A DNA stretch of 62,336 nt, the filler included. It is 4 parts of 4 records of this genome, joined end to end, with 100 filler letters (N's around TTAATTAATTAA, not from the genome) between each part and the next. Parts side by side here need not be neighbours in the genome. Positions count along the whole stretch, not along the records: positions 1 to 20,694 come from SRR20825010_4322; 3 more parts are not named here. One strand, written 5' to 3'. The position numbers and the translations under genes were made by a program. This document shows, piece after piece, positions 1 to 10,187 of this stretch. The notes under the pieces are model-generated. The model ran no database searches. It was not told the origin of the DNA and worked only from the letters and a program-made list of their open reading frames with translations. Positions within the stretch are counted from its first letter, which is position 1. Each line of letters begins with the position of its first letter.

Positions 1-2
1 GA

Positions 3-1934
3 ATTGTGGTAGACGATGCCATTGTGGTGGTTGAGAATATGGAGCGAAACCTTAGAGAAGGAATGGGGGTAAAACAAGCTGCTCAAAAAACAATGAATGA
101 AGTTGGGGGAGCATTGGTAGCAATGGGACTAGTGCTTGTTGCTGTATTTTTACCTACCATATTTTTAAAAGGAATTAGTGGTCAGTTTTACAGTCAATTT
201 GGAGTAACCATAGCTGTTGCAACTATGATTTCTGTTTTTGTTTCGCTTACACTAAGTCCTGCAATTGCAGCCAAAGTAATGAAAAAGCACGATGACTCTC
301 CTAAGCATTCTAATGCTGCAGCACAAGGTTTTATAACTAAATTCTTTGATAAGTTTAATCTGTTAATGGATTGGACATCTAATAAATACGCACAATTAAC
401 GTCAAGACTTATCAATATAAGAAAAGGAGTAATGCTAGTGTATTTAGGACTTATAGCTTTAACTGTTTTTGCTTTTTACAAGGTGCCTACTGGGTTTATT
501 CCAGAACAGGATCAAGGATATTTTATTACTGTAATACAGTTACCTCCAGGTTCTTCGCTAGAGAGAACAGACAAAGTTGTAAATAAAGCAATAGACAGTG
601 TACTTAAAGTTGATGGGGTAAAAGACGCGGTTGCATTTACAGGTTTTGATGCGGCAACATTTACAAATTCATCAAATGCAGGGGTAATTTTTACTGCATT
701 GGAAAGTTTTGAAGAACGTAATGATAAAGGGGTTACCTATGAAGGGATTCAACAGTCTTTAACTAGTTCGTTAAGTAAGATGACAGATGCTTACGTTATT
801 GTTATTCCACCTCCTCCTGTAAGAGGAATTGGTAATGCTGGTGGATTTAAATTGATGTTGCAGGACAGAGGTGGATTAGGCAATGAGCAATTGTTAAAAT
901 CGGCTTATGAGCTTATGGGAGCTGCTAATCAAGATCCGACAATGACAAATGTCTTTACATTTTTTAATACCAGCTCGCCTCAATTATTTTTTGATCTCGA
1001 TAAAGAAAAAGCTCAAAAGCTGGGTGTCCCAATTGAAGAAGTTTCAAGCGCTTTAGAGGTTTATTTGGGCTCTGCATTTGTAAATGATTTTAACCTACAA
1101 GGGAAAACATTTAGAGTAACCGCTCAAGCCGATGGAGAGTTTAGATATACTCCAGAGGATTTGGAGCACATTAGAGTTCGAAATAAATATGGAAATATGA
1201 TTCCTTTGAGTGCTGTTGGAGATCTAAAAGATATTTGTGGCCCAGCACGTGTACCTCGGTACAATTTATATCCTTCTTTGGCACTTACAGGAAACACTAC
1301 TCCTGGGCATAGTTCTGGAGAATCTTTGGATGCTATGGAAAAACTAGCAGCGCAGATATTACCAGATGGTATTGATTATGAATGGACTGAAATTGCATAT
1401 CAGCAAAAAAGTACAGGTAATACAGCAGGAATAGCCTTTGCATTGGCCGTTTTATTTGTTTTTCTACTATTAGCTGCTCAGTATGAAAGTTGGGTATTGC
1501 CATTGGCTGTAATTCTTATTGTGCCTATGTGTTTACTATCGGCAATGTTTGGAGTAGGAATAATGGGAATGGATAATAATATTTTAACACAAATTGGATT
1601 GGTTGTGCTAGTAGGGTTAGCTAGTAAAAATGCTATTCTAATTGTAGAATTTGCAAAGCAACTTGAAGATAGAGGGTATAGTTTGCAAGAAGCGGCAAAA
1701 GAGGCTGCAAGGTTAAGATTACGACCTATTTTAATGACCGCCTTTGCTTTTATTCTTGGGGTAATTCCTTTGGTTACAGCAACGGGAGCAGGAGCAGAAA
1801 TGAGACGCTCTTTAGGAACGGCAGTTTTTAGTGGAATGTTGGGAGTAACATTGTTCGGATTACTATTTACTCCTGTGTTTTATGTGCTTTGTAGAAAAAT
1901 GGTCTTAAAAAAAGCAACCGTAGATGTTAAGTAA
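3..1934 (+). CDS. RND efflux transporter permease subunit, HAE1/AcrB family (5' truncated by window edge)
   Basis: TM4 motif IVVDDAIVVVENMER, GFIPEQDQG, GLASKNAILIVEFA, RLRPILMTAFAFILGVIPL; frame is open to the window edge. Confidence 0.95.
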   Translation: MVVDDAIVVVENMERNLREGMGVKQAAQKTMNEVGGALVAMGLVLVAVFLPTIFLKGISGQFYSQFGVTIAVATMISVFVSLTLSPAIAAKVMKKHDDSPKHSNAAAQGFITKFFDKFNLLMDWTSNKYAQLTSRLINIRKGVMLVYLGLIALTVFAFYKVPTGFIPEQDQGYFITVIQLPPGSSLERTDKVVNKAIDSVLKVDGVKDAVAFTGFDAATFTNSSNAGVIFTALESFEERNDKGVTYEGIQQSLTSSLSKMTDAYVIVIPPPPVRGIGNAGGFKLMLQDRGGLGNEQLLKSAYELMGAANQDPTMTNVFTFFNTSSPQLFFDLDKEKAQKLGVPIEEVSSALEVYLGSAFVNDFNLQGKTFRVTAQADGEFRYTPEDLEHIRVRNKYGNMIPLSAVGDLKDICGPARVPRYNLYPSLALTGNTTPGHSSGESLDAMEKLAAQILPDGIDYEWTEIAYQQKSTGNTAGIAFALAVLFVFLLLAAQYESWVLPLAVILIVPMCLLSAMFGVGIMGMDNNILTQIGLVVLVGLASKNAILIVEFAKQLEDRGYSLQEAAKEAARLRLRPILMTAFAFILGVIPLVTATGAGAEMRRSLGTAVFSGMLGVTLFGLLFTPVFYVLCRKMVLKKATVDVK

Positions 1935-1944
1935 AAAAATAAAA

Positions 1945-3381
1945 ATGAATCAGATATTTATAAAAACTATATTGATTTTGATAGGATTCTATCAGTCAAT
2001 TGGATATAGTCAAGACAGTACCTCCACATGGAAATGGGATGTGCCAGAGCAGACAAATGAGGTGCTGTATATAGGAACGGACACCATATCTAAAAAAGCA
2101 GCTCCTGTTATTGAAACAGACAAATGGTGGGAAGCTTTTGGTTATAAGGAATTGGATAGTTTAATAGCCTTGGCATTGCAAAATAATGAAGACTTGAAGA
2201 TAGCGCAGGCTAGAGTAGAACAGGCAATAGCGCAGAAAAGAATAGCATTTTCATCATTATTACCAACGTTGCGTTTGGAGCCTTCGGTTGCTAGACAAGA
2301 GTTCTCGGCTAATAGACCAAACCCTTTTGGAGGTCAATTAGATAGGGTAACTATTAATACTTTTGATATTCCACTTACGGTAAATTATGAGCTCGATGTG
2401 TTTGGTAAGAACATTGATAATGTAAAAGCAAACCGCTTGGCAGCCGATGCAAGTGTTGAAAGTAGAAAAGATATTTTACTACAGGTAATTACAGAAGTGG
2501 CTCAAAATTATTTCTTGTTATTACAGGTTGATGCTGAAAAGGATCTTTTAAAAGAAACAGAAAAAACAAGGTTGAATAATTTAGAAATAACCACAACTCG
2601 TTATGAAGCAGGTTTGGTAAGTCAGATTGATGTTTTAAGAGCTAAAACTGAATTGTCATCGGTGCAAGTTCAAATAAAAAGGATTCATAAACTTAGAACC
2701 GAAATCGAACTTATTTTAGCACCATTGGTTGGAGTAGATGCAAGTAATTTCAGTATACATAAAACAGAAATTAGCTATATGCCACCAGATTTGATCTTTT
2801 TGGAAAAGGACTCTTTAACTGCTACACGCCCCGATTTAAAATCTGCTAAACTCATGTTAGAATCATCTAAAAGTTTGGTAAAGAATCAATGGAAACAATT
2901 GTTACCATCATTTTATCTAAATGGCGCCTTCGGTTACTTGTCGGGTGACAGTAATAATTGGATTGAGAATGATAGTAGAACATGGGTAGCAGGAGTTTCG
3001 GCTTCCTTGCCAATTTTTGAAGGTGGAAAAAAGCGTGCAGAAATTAAACTTAGAAAAAGTGAATTAAAACAAGCAGAAGCTGCTTACAATCAAAATGTTC
3101 TAGTGTCTTATAGACAAGTAGAAAATTCCATTTCTAATATTAAATGGGTGCATGAACAATTGCTGGCACAACAAGAATTTGTAAAAGCAGCAAATAACGC
3201 GGCAGAGTTAACAAATGAAAGGTATAGAAAAGGGCTTATTAATTATATAGATGTTGTAGATGCAGAACGACAAGCTTTGGAGGCCGAACAATTAAGTGTT
3301 CAGCTTTTTGGGCAAGAACTTAAAGAGCGAGTGTCTTTGTTTAAAGCCTTAGGATTACTTCCTGATTCTGTAGTGGAATAG
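1945..3381 (+). CDS. Efflux outer membrane factor (TolC/NodT-like)
   Basis: KWWEAFGYKELDSLIALALQNNEDLKIA, YELDVFGK, RPDLKSA, SLPIFEGG, ERYRKGLINYIDVVDAER; directly follows the RND gene. Start could be 1924 or 1945. Confidence 0.9.
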   Translation: MNQIFIKTILILIGFYQSIGYSQDSTSTWKWDVPEQTNEVLYIGTDTISKKAAPVIETDKWWEAFGYKELDSLIALALQNNEDLKIAQARVEQAIAQKRIAFSSLLPTLRLEPSVARQEFSANRPNPFGGQLDRVTINTFDIPLTVNYELDVFGKNIDNVKANRLAADASVESRKDILLQVITEVAQNYFLLLQVDAEKDLLKETEKTRLNNLEITTTRYEAGLVSQIDVLRAKTELSSVQVQIKRIHKLRTEIELILAPLVGVDASNFSIHKTEISYMPPDLIFLEKDSLTATRPDLKSAKLMLESSKSLVKNQWKQLLPSFYLNGAFGYLSGDSNNWIENDSRTWVAGVSASLPIFEGGKKRAEIKLRKSELKQAEAAYNQNVLVSYRQVENSISNIKWVHEQLLAQQEFVKAANNAAELTNERYRKGLINYIDVVDAERQALEAEQLSVQLFGQELKERVSLFKALGLLPDSVVE

Positions 3382-3425
3382 CTTGTGTAAAAACTTGTTT
3401 TAAGTGGTTGAATTTGTTTCTTTAT

Positions 3426-3456
3426 AAATCCCTCGGAATTTATTTTCGGGGGATTT
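3426..3456. terminator. Probable bidirectional intrinsic terminator between the convergent OMF gene and araR
   Basis: AAATCCCTCGGA ... TTCGGGGGATTT stem (with G-U pairs) flanked by A/T runs. Confidence 0.65.
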
Positions 3457-4146
3457 TTATATTTTAAAAGTAAATCCATCTTCCACTTTTTTGTCATATT
3501 TTTCTTTATCAAATTGATATAGAAAAGAACCTTTTCTAGAGGAAGACATATCTTTTTCTGTCAACTTTATAAGGATGTCCAAACCATTTATTTTATTGAT
3601 AAAATTTCTTTTATCAAGCTCTTCATCTAAAATAGCTTCATAAAGTTTTTGAAGCTGTCTCATTGTAAATTTCTCAGGTAATAATTCAAATCCAATAGGT
3701 TTGTTTGAAGTTCGATAGCGCAAACGCCTAATAGCATGGTTTACCATTTGGTCATGATCAAAAATTAATTTTGGAGCCTCAGAAATACTAAACCACCTAG
3801 CAGAATATTGCTCAATTAATTCTTGGTTATGCTCTTCAATGTTGATAAGGGCATAATAGGCTACAGAAACGGTTCGTTCAGCTGGATCTCTGTCCACTTT
3901 ACTAAAACCATACAATTGCTCCATGTAGATATTATGGAATCCCGTTAAATGATGCAAAATCCTATTTGCCGAATCATCTAACGTTTCATTGCGTTTTAAA
4001 AATCCACCCATAAGAGACCACTTTCCTTTTTCAGGCTCAAAATCTCTTTTAATCAATAAAATTTTAAGTTCTTCTTTGTCAAACCCAAAAATGATACAAT
4101 CTACGGCAAGTAATACCTTATCTTCTTTACTATAATTATTTAACAT
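3457..4146 (-). CDS. araR: NrtR-family (NUDIX + C-terminal wHTH) transcriptional regulator, likely arabinose regulator AraR
   Basis: AVDCIIFGF, LLIKRDFEPEKGKWSLMGGF, degenerate Nudix box, LPEKFTMRQLQKLYEAIL..DKRNF wHTH; divergent from the arabinose operon as in Bacteroidetes. Start moved to the internal ATG (MLNNYSKEDK). Confidence 0.85.
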   Translation of the reverse strand: MLNNYSKEDKVLLAVDCIIFGFDKEELKILLIKRDFEPEKGKWSLMGGFLKRNETLDDSANRILHHLTGFHNIYMEQLYGFSKVDRDPAERTVSVAYYALINIEEHNQELIEQYSARWFSISEAPKLIFDHDQMVNHAIRRLRYRTSNKPIGFELLPEKFTMRQLQKLYEAILDEELDKRNFINKINGLDILIKLTEKDMSSSRKGSFLYQFDKEKYDKKVEDGFTFKI

Positions 4147-4430
4147 GTGGGGTAGATTTTCACAGAATACGGGTAAAATTACATTTTTTTTAAAAATAAT
4201 CAATGAATTCAAATTTTAATACCACATAGCTAATTTAATTTTCCAGAGTTTGTTGAAGAATTTTGGGTTGAGGTTATTTCGCTTAAACACTTCTTGGGCT
4301 TGCTCTGAGGTAGTTAGTTTTGTAACTGCTAAAATTTATTTTTATTAGGGTTTGTTTATTTTTATAACATTAAAAAAACGAATTGTTTAATAAATCATTT
4401 GTTTTTATGAAAAATTATTAATTAATTTGG

Positions 4431-4454
4431 AAATGTAAAAATAACACTTATAAA
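4431..4454. promoter_or_regulatory. Candidate AraR operator 1 (AAATGTAAAAATAACACTTATAAA)
   Basis: GT-N7-AC core typical of NrtR-family sites, 9 nt upstream of the first GH51; 20/24 identical to the copy at 8136. Confidence 0.75.
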
Positions 4455-4463
4455 TTAACCTAT

Positions 4464-6020
4464 ATGATTTCAAAAAAAAATATAAAATCAAGAGGTATTG
4501 TATTGATACTTTGCCTTCTTTTAGCAGGAGTCACTTGTGCACAAACTACAGTTACTATACAAGAAAAGGAAAATGCTCCCATAATAAGTAAGCATATTTA
4601 TGGGCATTTTGCAGAGCATTTAGGCCGTTGTATTTACGGGGGTTTTTATGTAGGCGAAGACAGTAATATTCCTAATACAAACGGGGTACGTACAGATATT
4701 ATTGAAGCACTTAAAGAGTTAAAAGTACCAAATTTACGTTGGCCAGGAGGTTGTTTTGCAGATACGTATCATTGGAAAGATGGTATTGGAGCTAAAGAAG
4801 ACCGACCTACTATTGTGAATCAATGGTGGGGTGGGGTAACCGAAGATAATAGTTTTGGAACTCACGATTTTTTAAATTTATGTGAGGCTTTGGGGGCAGA
4901 ACCTTACTTGGCAGCTAATATTGGGAGCGGAACCGTAAAAGAGTTTACCGATTGGATCCAATATGTAAATCACGACGGGGAGAGTCCGATGGCAAACCTT
5001 CGTAAAGAAAATGGGAGAGATAAACCTTGGGGAGTAACTTATTGGGGAGTAGGTAATGAAATGTGGGGTTGTGGTGGTAATATGACTCCAGAATATTACG
5101 CAAATCTGTATCGTCAATACGCTACTTTTATGAGTAGCTGGAATAATGATAAAGGGATTTACAGAATTGCTTCTGGAGCAAATGTAGACGATTATCATTG
5201 GACAGAAGTTTTAATGAGAGACATTCCAAAGCATCTTATAGAAGGTGTGGCATTACATTCTTATTCTTTTGTAGAATGGAATGATAAAGGTCCTGCAGCT
5301 AATTTCAATGAAAAGCAATATTTTAAAACTATGGAGCGTGCATTGAATATGGAGACTTTAATAACCAAGCATGTTGCTGTAATGGACAAATATGATCCTG
5401 ATAAAAAAATAGACTTGATAGTAGATGAATGGGGTGGCTGGTATAATGTGGAAGAAGGAACTAATCCTGGTTTTTTATACCAACAAAACACTATGAGAGA
5501 TGCCATGATTGCTGGGGCAACACTTAATATTTTTAACAATCATAGTGAACGTGTTAAGATGGCTAATTTAGCGCAAACCGTAAATGTTTTACAAGCAGTT
5601 ATTCTTACTGATGATGAAAAAATGATTCTTACACCAACTTATCATGTAATGAAAATGTATGCGGTGCACCAAGATGCAACCTTGTTACCAATAGATTTAA
5701 AATCTGATAAATATGAGTTTGAAGGAAATTCAGTTCCAGCAATATCTGCGTCTGCATCTATTAATAAAGAAGGAGTAGCACATGTTTCTTTGGTAAATGT
5801 TGATATGAACAAAGCACATAAGATTACGCTAGATTTTCAAAAAATGAAGCTAAATAAGGCAACAGCCAACATCTTAACTTCTGCTAAAGTTCAGGATCAT
5901 AATTCATTTGAAAATCCAAACAAAATTGTAGTAAAAGAGTATGAGGATTTTAAATTTAAGAAAGGAACACTTGAACTTGAAGTTCCTGCTTTTTCAGTAA
6001 TCGTTTTTGAAATAAAATAA
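4464..6020 (+). CDS. Alpha-L-arabinofuranosidase, GH51, signal peptide
   Basis: IYGHFAEHLGRCIYGG, LRWPGGCFADTYHW, WGVGNEMWGCGG, LIVDEWG, MANLAQTVNVLQA. Confidence 0.95.
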   Translation: MISKKNIKSRGIVLILCLLLAGVTCAQTTVTIQEKENAPIISKHIYGHFAEHLGRCIYGGFYVGEDSNIPNTNGVRTDIIEALKELKVPNLRWPGGCFADTYHWKDGIGAKEDRPTIVNQWWGGVTEDNSFGTHDFLNLCEALGAEPYLAANIGSGTVKEFTDWIQYVNHDGESPMANLRKENGRDKPWGVTYWGVGNEMWGCGGNMTPEYYANLYRQYATFMSSWNNDKGIYRIASGANVDDYHWTEVLMRDIPKHLIEGVALHSYSFVEWNDKGPAANFNEKQYFKTMERALNMETLITKHVAVMDKYDPDKKIDLIVDEWGGWYNVEEGTNPGFLYQQNTMRDAMIAGATLNIFNNHSERVKMANLAQTVNVLQAVILTDDEKMILTPTYHVMKMYAVHQDATLLPIDLKSDKYEFEGNSVPAISASASINKEGVAHVSLVNVDMNKAHKITLDFQKMKLNKATANILTSAKVQDHNSFENPNKIVVKEYEDFKFKKGTLELEVPAFSVIVFEIK

Positions 6021-6022
6021 TT

Positions 6023-6985
6023 ATGAGAGTAAAATTATATAGTGTGTTTCTATTTTTTATAGGAACATTATTAACAGAAGCTCAAGATCAAGAAAATTTT
6101 AATAATCCAATTATTAAAGACAAGTTTACGGCAGATCCTGCGGCATTGGTACATAACAACACAGTGTATTTATATGCTGGGCATGATGAGGCTCCAAAAG
6201 ATTTTCATTTTTATAAAATGGATGAATGGTTGGTATACTCATCTACAGATATGGTAAACTGGAAAGAGCATCCAGTACCTTTAAAACCTTCCGATTTTAA
6301 ATGGGCTAAAGGAGATGCTTGGGCTGCACAGGTAATTGAAAGAGATGGTAAGTTTTATTGGTATGTTACGGTAACTCATAAAAACATACACGGAAAAGCA
6401 ATTGGTGTAGCTGTTTCCGATTCTCCAACTGGACCTTTTAAAGATGCTTTAGGAAAGGCTTTAGTAACTAATGATATGACTACCGAGCATACAGATATAA
6501 GTTGGGATGATATTGATCCGTCTGTTTTTATAGATGATGATGGGCAAGCCTATTTATATTGGGGTAATACAGCTTGTTATTATGCCAAATTAAAAGAAAA
6601 TATGATAGAATTTGATGGTCCCATCCATACGGTAGACCTTCCTAAATTTACAGAAGCTCCTTGGATACATAAAAAAGGAGACTGGTATTATTTGTCTTAT
6701 GCATATGGTTTTCCTGAAAAAACAGCCTATGCTATGAGTAAATCTATTACTGGTCCATGGGAATTTAAAGGAATTTTAAATGAAGTTGCAGGAAATACAA
6801 ACACAAACCATCAAGCCATAATTGAGTATAAAGGAATCCCATATTTTATATATCATAATGGAAGTATTGAACCTAATGGGGGGAGTTTTAGGCGTTCTGT
6901 TTGTATAGACCGCTTATACTATAATGAGGATGGAACTATTAAGAGAATCCAAATGACTTCTGAAGGAATTCAAAATAATGATTGA
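6023..6985 (+). CDS. GH43 glycoside hydrolase (arabinofuranosidase/xylosidase type), signal peptide
   Basis: FTADPAALV, WAAQVIER, DIDPSVFIDDDGQAYLYWG, FTEAPW, TNHQAI five-blade propeller motifs. Confidence 0.9.
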   Translation: MRVKLYSVFLFFIGTLLTEAQDQENFNNPIIKDKFTADPAALVHNNTVYLYAGHDEAPKDFHFYKMDEWLVYSSTDMVNWKEHPVPLKPSDFKWAKGDAWAAQVIERDGKFYWYVTVTHKNIHGKAIGVAVSDSPTGPFKDALGKALVTNDMTTEHTDISWDDIDPSVFIDDDGQAYLYWGNTACYYAKLKENMIEFDGPIHTVDLPKFTEAPWIHKKGDWYYLSYAYGFPEKTAYAMSKSITGPWEFKGILNEVAGNTNTNHQAIIEYKGIPYFIYHNGSIEPNGGSFRRSVCIDRLYYNEDGTIKRIQMTSEGIQNND

Positions 6986-7136
6986 GTAATGAATCCTTCA
7001 TAAAGGGATTAAGTATAGCCAAAGTAATTGTTTCCATAAAATAAAATGAATAAAGCAGAGATTTTTATAAGGGAGTCATTCTTTGTGAAATAATATAAAA
7101 TATTTAAAATGAGATGTTTAAACTAAATTTATTCGC

Positions 7137-8117
7137 ATGAAATTATTTTTTCAATTATGTATTGTACTGTTTTCAGCAGGAATTTTAGCTCAAGATATTA
7201 TGGTTCATGATCCTGTAGTTGCCAAACAAGGAGATACATACTATCTTTTCTGTACAGGAAATGGAATTTCAAGTTACAGTTCTAAAGATTTAAAAGATTG
7301 GAAGAAAGAGCCAGCCGTATTTCAGCAAAAACCAACATGGACAGATAGTGTTGTTCCTAATTTTAAAAATCATATTTGGGCACCAGATATTTCTTTTCAC
7401 AATGGAAAATACTATTTATATTATTCGGTTTCAAGCTTTGGAAAAAATACTTCTGCAATAGGTGTAGCAACAAATACAACCTTAGATGCTACTGATGCCA
7501 ATTATAAATGGGAAGACGCAGGGATTGTTGTTCAATCGGTTCCCAATCGGGATATGTGGAATGCTATTGATCCAAATTTAATATTTGATGAAAACAATAC
7601 GCCATGGTTGTCTTTTGGTTCTTTTTGGGAAGGTTTAAAATTGGTAAAATTAAGCAAGGATTTAAAATCGGTTGCTAAACCTGAAGAATGGCACACCCTT
7701 GCAAGACGAGAAAGAGACTTTAAGATTCCCGATAATGATCCTGGAAATGGAGCTTTAGAAGCACCCTTTATTTTTAAGAAAAACGGATATTATTACCTGT
7801 TTTTATCGTGGGATTTATGTTGTAGAGGTAAAGAAAGTACCTATAAAATTGTAGTTGGAAGGTCTAAAAAAGTAATGGGGCCTTATCTAGATCAAAATGG
7901 GAAATCATTAGTAAATGGAGGAGGTACCTTAGTATTAGAAGGGAATAAAAACTGGTATGGTTTAGGACATAATAGTACCTATACTTTTGATGGAAAGGAT
8001 TATTTGTTTTTCCATGCTTATGATGCTCAAGATAATGGAAAACCTAAGCTAAAGGTATTAGAATTGCAATGGGATGAGGAGTTATGGCCTAAAATAGATA
8101 AGGATTATTTAGATTAA
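7137..8117 (+). CDS. Endo-1,5-alpha-L-arabinanase, GH43
   Basis: VHDPV, IWAPDI, YYSVSSFGKNTSAIG, WNAIDPN, FGSFW, LEAPFIF, SWDLCCRG, GLGHNS. Confidence 0.9.
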   Translation: MKLFFQLCIVLFSAGILAQDIMVHDPVVAKQGDTYYLFCTGNGISSYSSKDLKDWKKEPAVFQQKPTWTDSVVPNFKNHIWAPDISFHNGKYYLYYSVSSFGKNTSAIGVATNTTLDATDANYKWEDAGIVVQSVPNRDMWNAIDPNLIFDENNTPWLSFGSFWEGLKLVKLSKDLKSVAKPEEWHTLARRERDFKIPDNDPGNGALEAPFIFKKNGYYYLFLSWDLCCRGKESTYKIVVGRSKKVMGPYLDQNGKSLVNGGGTLVLEGNKNWYGLGHNSTYTFDGKDYLFFHAYDAQDNGKPKLKVLELQWDEELWPKIDKDYLD

Positions 8118-8135
8118 CTTGTTTTTTAAAATTAA

Positions 8136-8159
8136 AAATGTAAATTGCACACTTATAAA
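8136..8159. promoter_or_regulatory. Candidate AraR operator 2 (AAATGTAAATTGCACACTTATAAA)
   Basis: GT-N7-AC core; near-identical flanks to the site at 4431; intergenic, upstream of GH127. Confidence 0.75.
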
Positions 8160-8183
8160 AGTTAACCGCCAAAACTACCTAAA

Positions 8184-10166
8184 ATGAGAAGTCTAAGAAG
8201 AATTGACAGTATTATTTTAGTAACATTTTCTTTATTGTTATTATTTTCTTGTCAGCAAGAAAGTCAGAAGGAAGGTGTTACTACAAAAATTGAGAATGAA
8301 TCGGGTTACCAAATAGAATCGGTAAATATTCAACATGTAAAATTGAATGATGATTTTTGGCTTCCTATTATAGAAAGAGTACAAGAAAGAACTATAGAAT
8401 ACGCTATAGAAAAATCTACAGAAGAAGGTCGCTTTGATAACTTCTTAATTGCTGGAGGAAAAATGGAAGGCGAAGTAAAAGGTGTTATGCCTTTTGATGA
8501 TACCGATGTTTATAAAATTGTTGAAGGAGCATCTTACTCTTTAATTAGTGCACCGAATCCTCAACTAGAAACTTTATTAGATTCCATTATTAATGTAATA
8601 AGTATTGGTCAGGAAAAAGATGGTTATCTAACTACTTGGCGAACTATAAATCCTGCTCATCCCCCAGCAACGTGGGTAAAGGTTAATGAAGGGAAACGTT
8701 GGGAATCTTTAGAGATGAGTCATGAATTATACAATGCTGGACATTTATACGAAGCTGCTGCTGCTCATTACGAGGCTACTGGGAAAAAGAATTTCTTAAA
8801 TATAGCTTTAAAAAATGCAGATTTAATGGTAGAAACCTTTGGGGCAGAAGATGGAAAAATCCATACGGTTCCAGGACACCAAATTATAGAAACAGGATTG
8901 ATAAGGTTGTATAGAATTACCAACGAAAAGAAGTATTTAGAATTGGCAAAATACTTTTTAGATGGAAGAGGGTTTCATGAAGGAAGAATGGATTTTGGTC
9001 CCTATGCTCAAGATCATGTTCCTGTTATAGAACAAGATGAAGTAGTGGGACATGCTGTTAGAGCTGTTTATATGTATGCCGCTATGACGGATATTGCGGC
9101 TATTGAGAATGATACCGCTTACCATAAAGCTGTAGATAACCTTTGGGAGAATATGGTAAATAAAAAAATGTATCTCACTGGTGGAATAGGAGCTAGGCAT
9201 GAAGGTGAGGCATTTGGAGAAAATTATGAACTTCCTAATTTAACTGCTTATAACGAAACTTGTGCTGCAATTGGAGATGTCTATTGGAATCATAGATTGC
9301 ATAATATGACTGGGAATGTAAAGTATTTTGATGTTATTGAACGTACATTGTATAATGGTTTAATTTCTGGACTTTCATTAAACGGGACTCAATTTTTCTA
9401 TCCAAATGCATTAGAATCAGATGGAGTGTATAAATTTAATCAAGGGGCATGTACCCGAAAAGATTGGTTTGATTGCTCTTGTTGTCCTACTAATGTAATT
9501 CGTTTTATTCCTTCTTTACCTGGGTTAATTTATTCTAAAACTTCCGATACAGTATTTGTAAATCTATATGCTGCAAATCAGGCAACAATAGGCTTGGAGA
9601 AAACAGCTATAGCTATTACTCAGGAAACTTCTTATCCATGGAATGGAAGTGTTAAGTTAACAGTTACTCCAGAAACAGCGTCAGATTTTACTATAAAATT
9701 ACGAATTCCAGGTTGGGCAAGAAATGAGGTGCTCCCAGGAACACTTTATTCATATAAAGAAAAAATAAAAGCAGTACCAGAAGTTAAGGTTAATGGAGAG
9801 CTAGTGGAAGCAACAATTGATAATGGATATATAACACTTACTCGAAACTGGAAAAAAGGAGAAACCATTTCTTTAGAGATTCCAATGGAAGTTAGAGAAG
9901 TATTAGCAAATGAAAAAGTGGAAGAAGACCGTGGGAAAATTGCTTTGGAATATGGTCCAATTGTATATGCAGTGGAAGAAATAGATAATAAAAATAATTT
10001 TGATGCTATTACGATTTCTAATGACGATACTTTTCAAGTAAAAAAGGAGAACGATCTTTTAGAAGGGGTTAATGTAATAGAGAACAATAAATTAAAAGCC
10101 ATTCCTTATTATGCATGGTCAAACAGAGGAATAGGAAAAATGAAAGTATGGTTGCCTAAAAAATAG
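8184..10166 (+). CDS. Beta-L-arabinofuranosidase, GH127, predicted lipoprotein
   Basis: PFDDTDVYK, SHELYNAGH, GHAVRAVY, YNETCAAIG, WFDCSCCP (Zn/Cys nucleophile motifs); lipobox-like LFSC. Confidence 0.92.
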   Translation: MRSLRRIDSIILVTFSLLLLFSCQQESQKEGVTTKIENESGYQIESVNIQHVKLNDDFWLPIIERVQERTIEYAIEKSTEEGRFDNFLIAGGKMEGEVKGVMPFDDTDVYKIVEGASYSLISAPNPQLETLLDSIINVISIGQEKDGYLTTWRTINPAHPPATWVKVNEGKRWESLEMSHELYNAGHLYEAAAAHYEATGKKNFLNIALKNADLMVETFGAEDGKIHTVPGHQIIETGLIRLYRITNEKKYLELAKYFLDGRGFHEGRMDFGPYAQDHVPVIEQDEVVGHAVRAVYMYAAMTDIAAIENDTAYHKAVDNLWENMVNKKMYLTGGIGARHEGEAFGENYELPNLTAYNETCAAIGDVYWNHRLHNMTGNVKYFDVIERTLYNGLISGLSLNGTQFFYPNALESDGVYKFNQGACTRKDWFDCSCCPTNVIRFIPSLPGLIYSKTSDTVFVNLYAANQATIGLEKTAIAITQETSYPWNGSVKLTVTPETASDFTIKLRIPGWARNEVLPGTLYSYKEKIKAVPEVKVNGELVEATIDNGYITLTRNWKKGETISLEIPMEVREVLANEKVEEDRGKIALEYGPIVYAVEEIDNKNNFDAITISNDDTFQVKKENDLLEGVNVIENNKLKAIPYYAWSNRGIGKMKVWLPKK

Positions 10167-10187
10167 ATAAATCAACAAAAACTAAAA

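Noticed and set aside
4168-4190. Possible autoregulatory AraR site upstream of araR (AAATGTAATTTTACCC on the minus strand)
   Set aside because: Only the left half matches and the GT..AC spacing is 6, too weak to call
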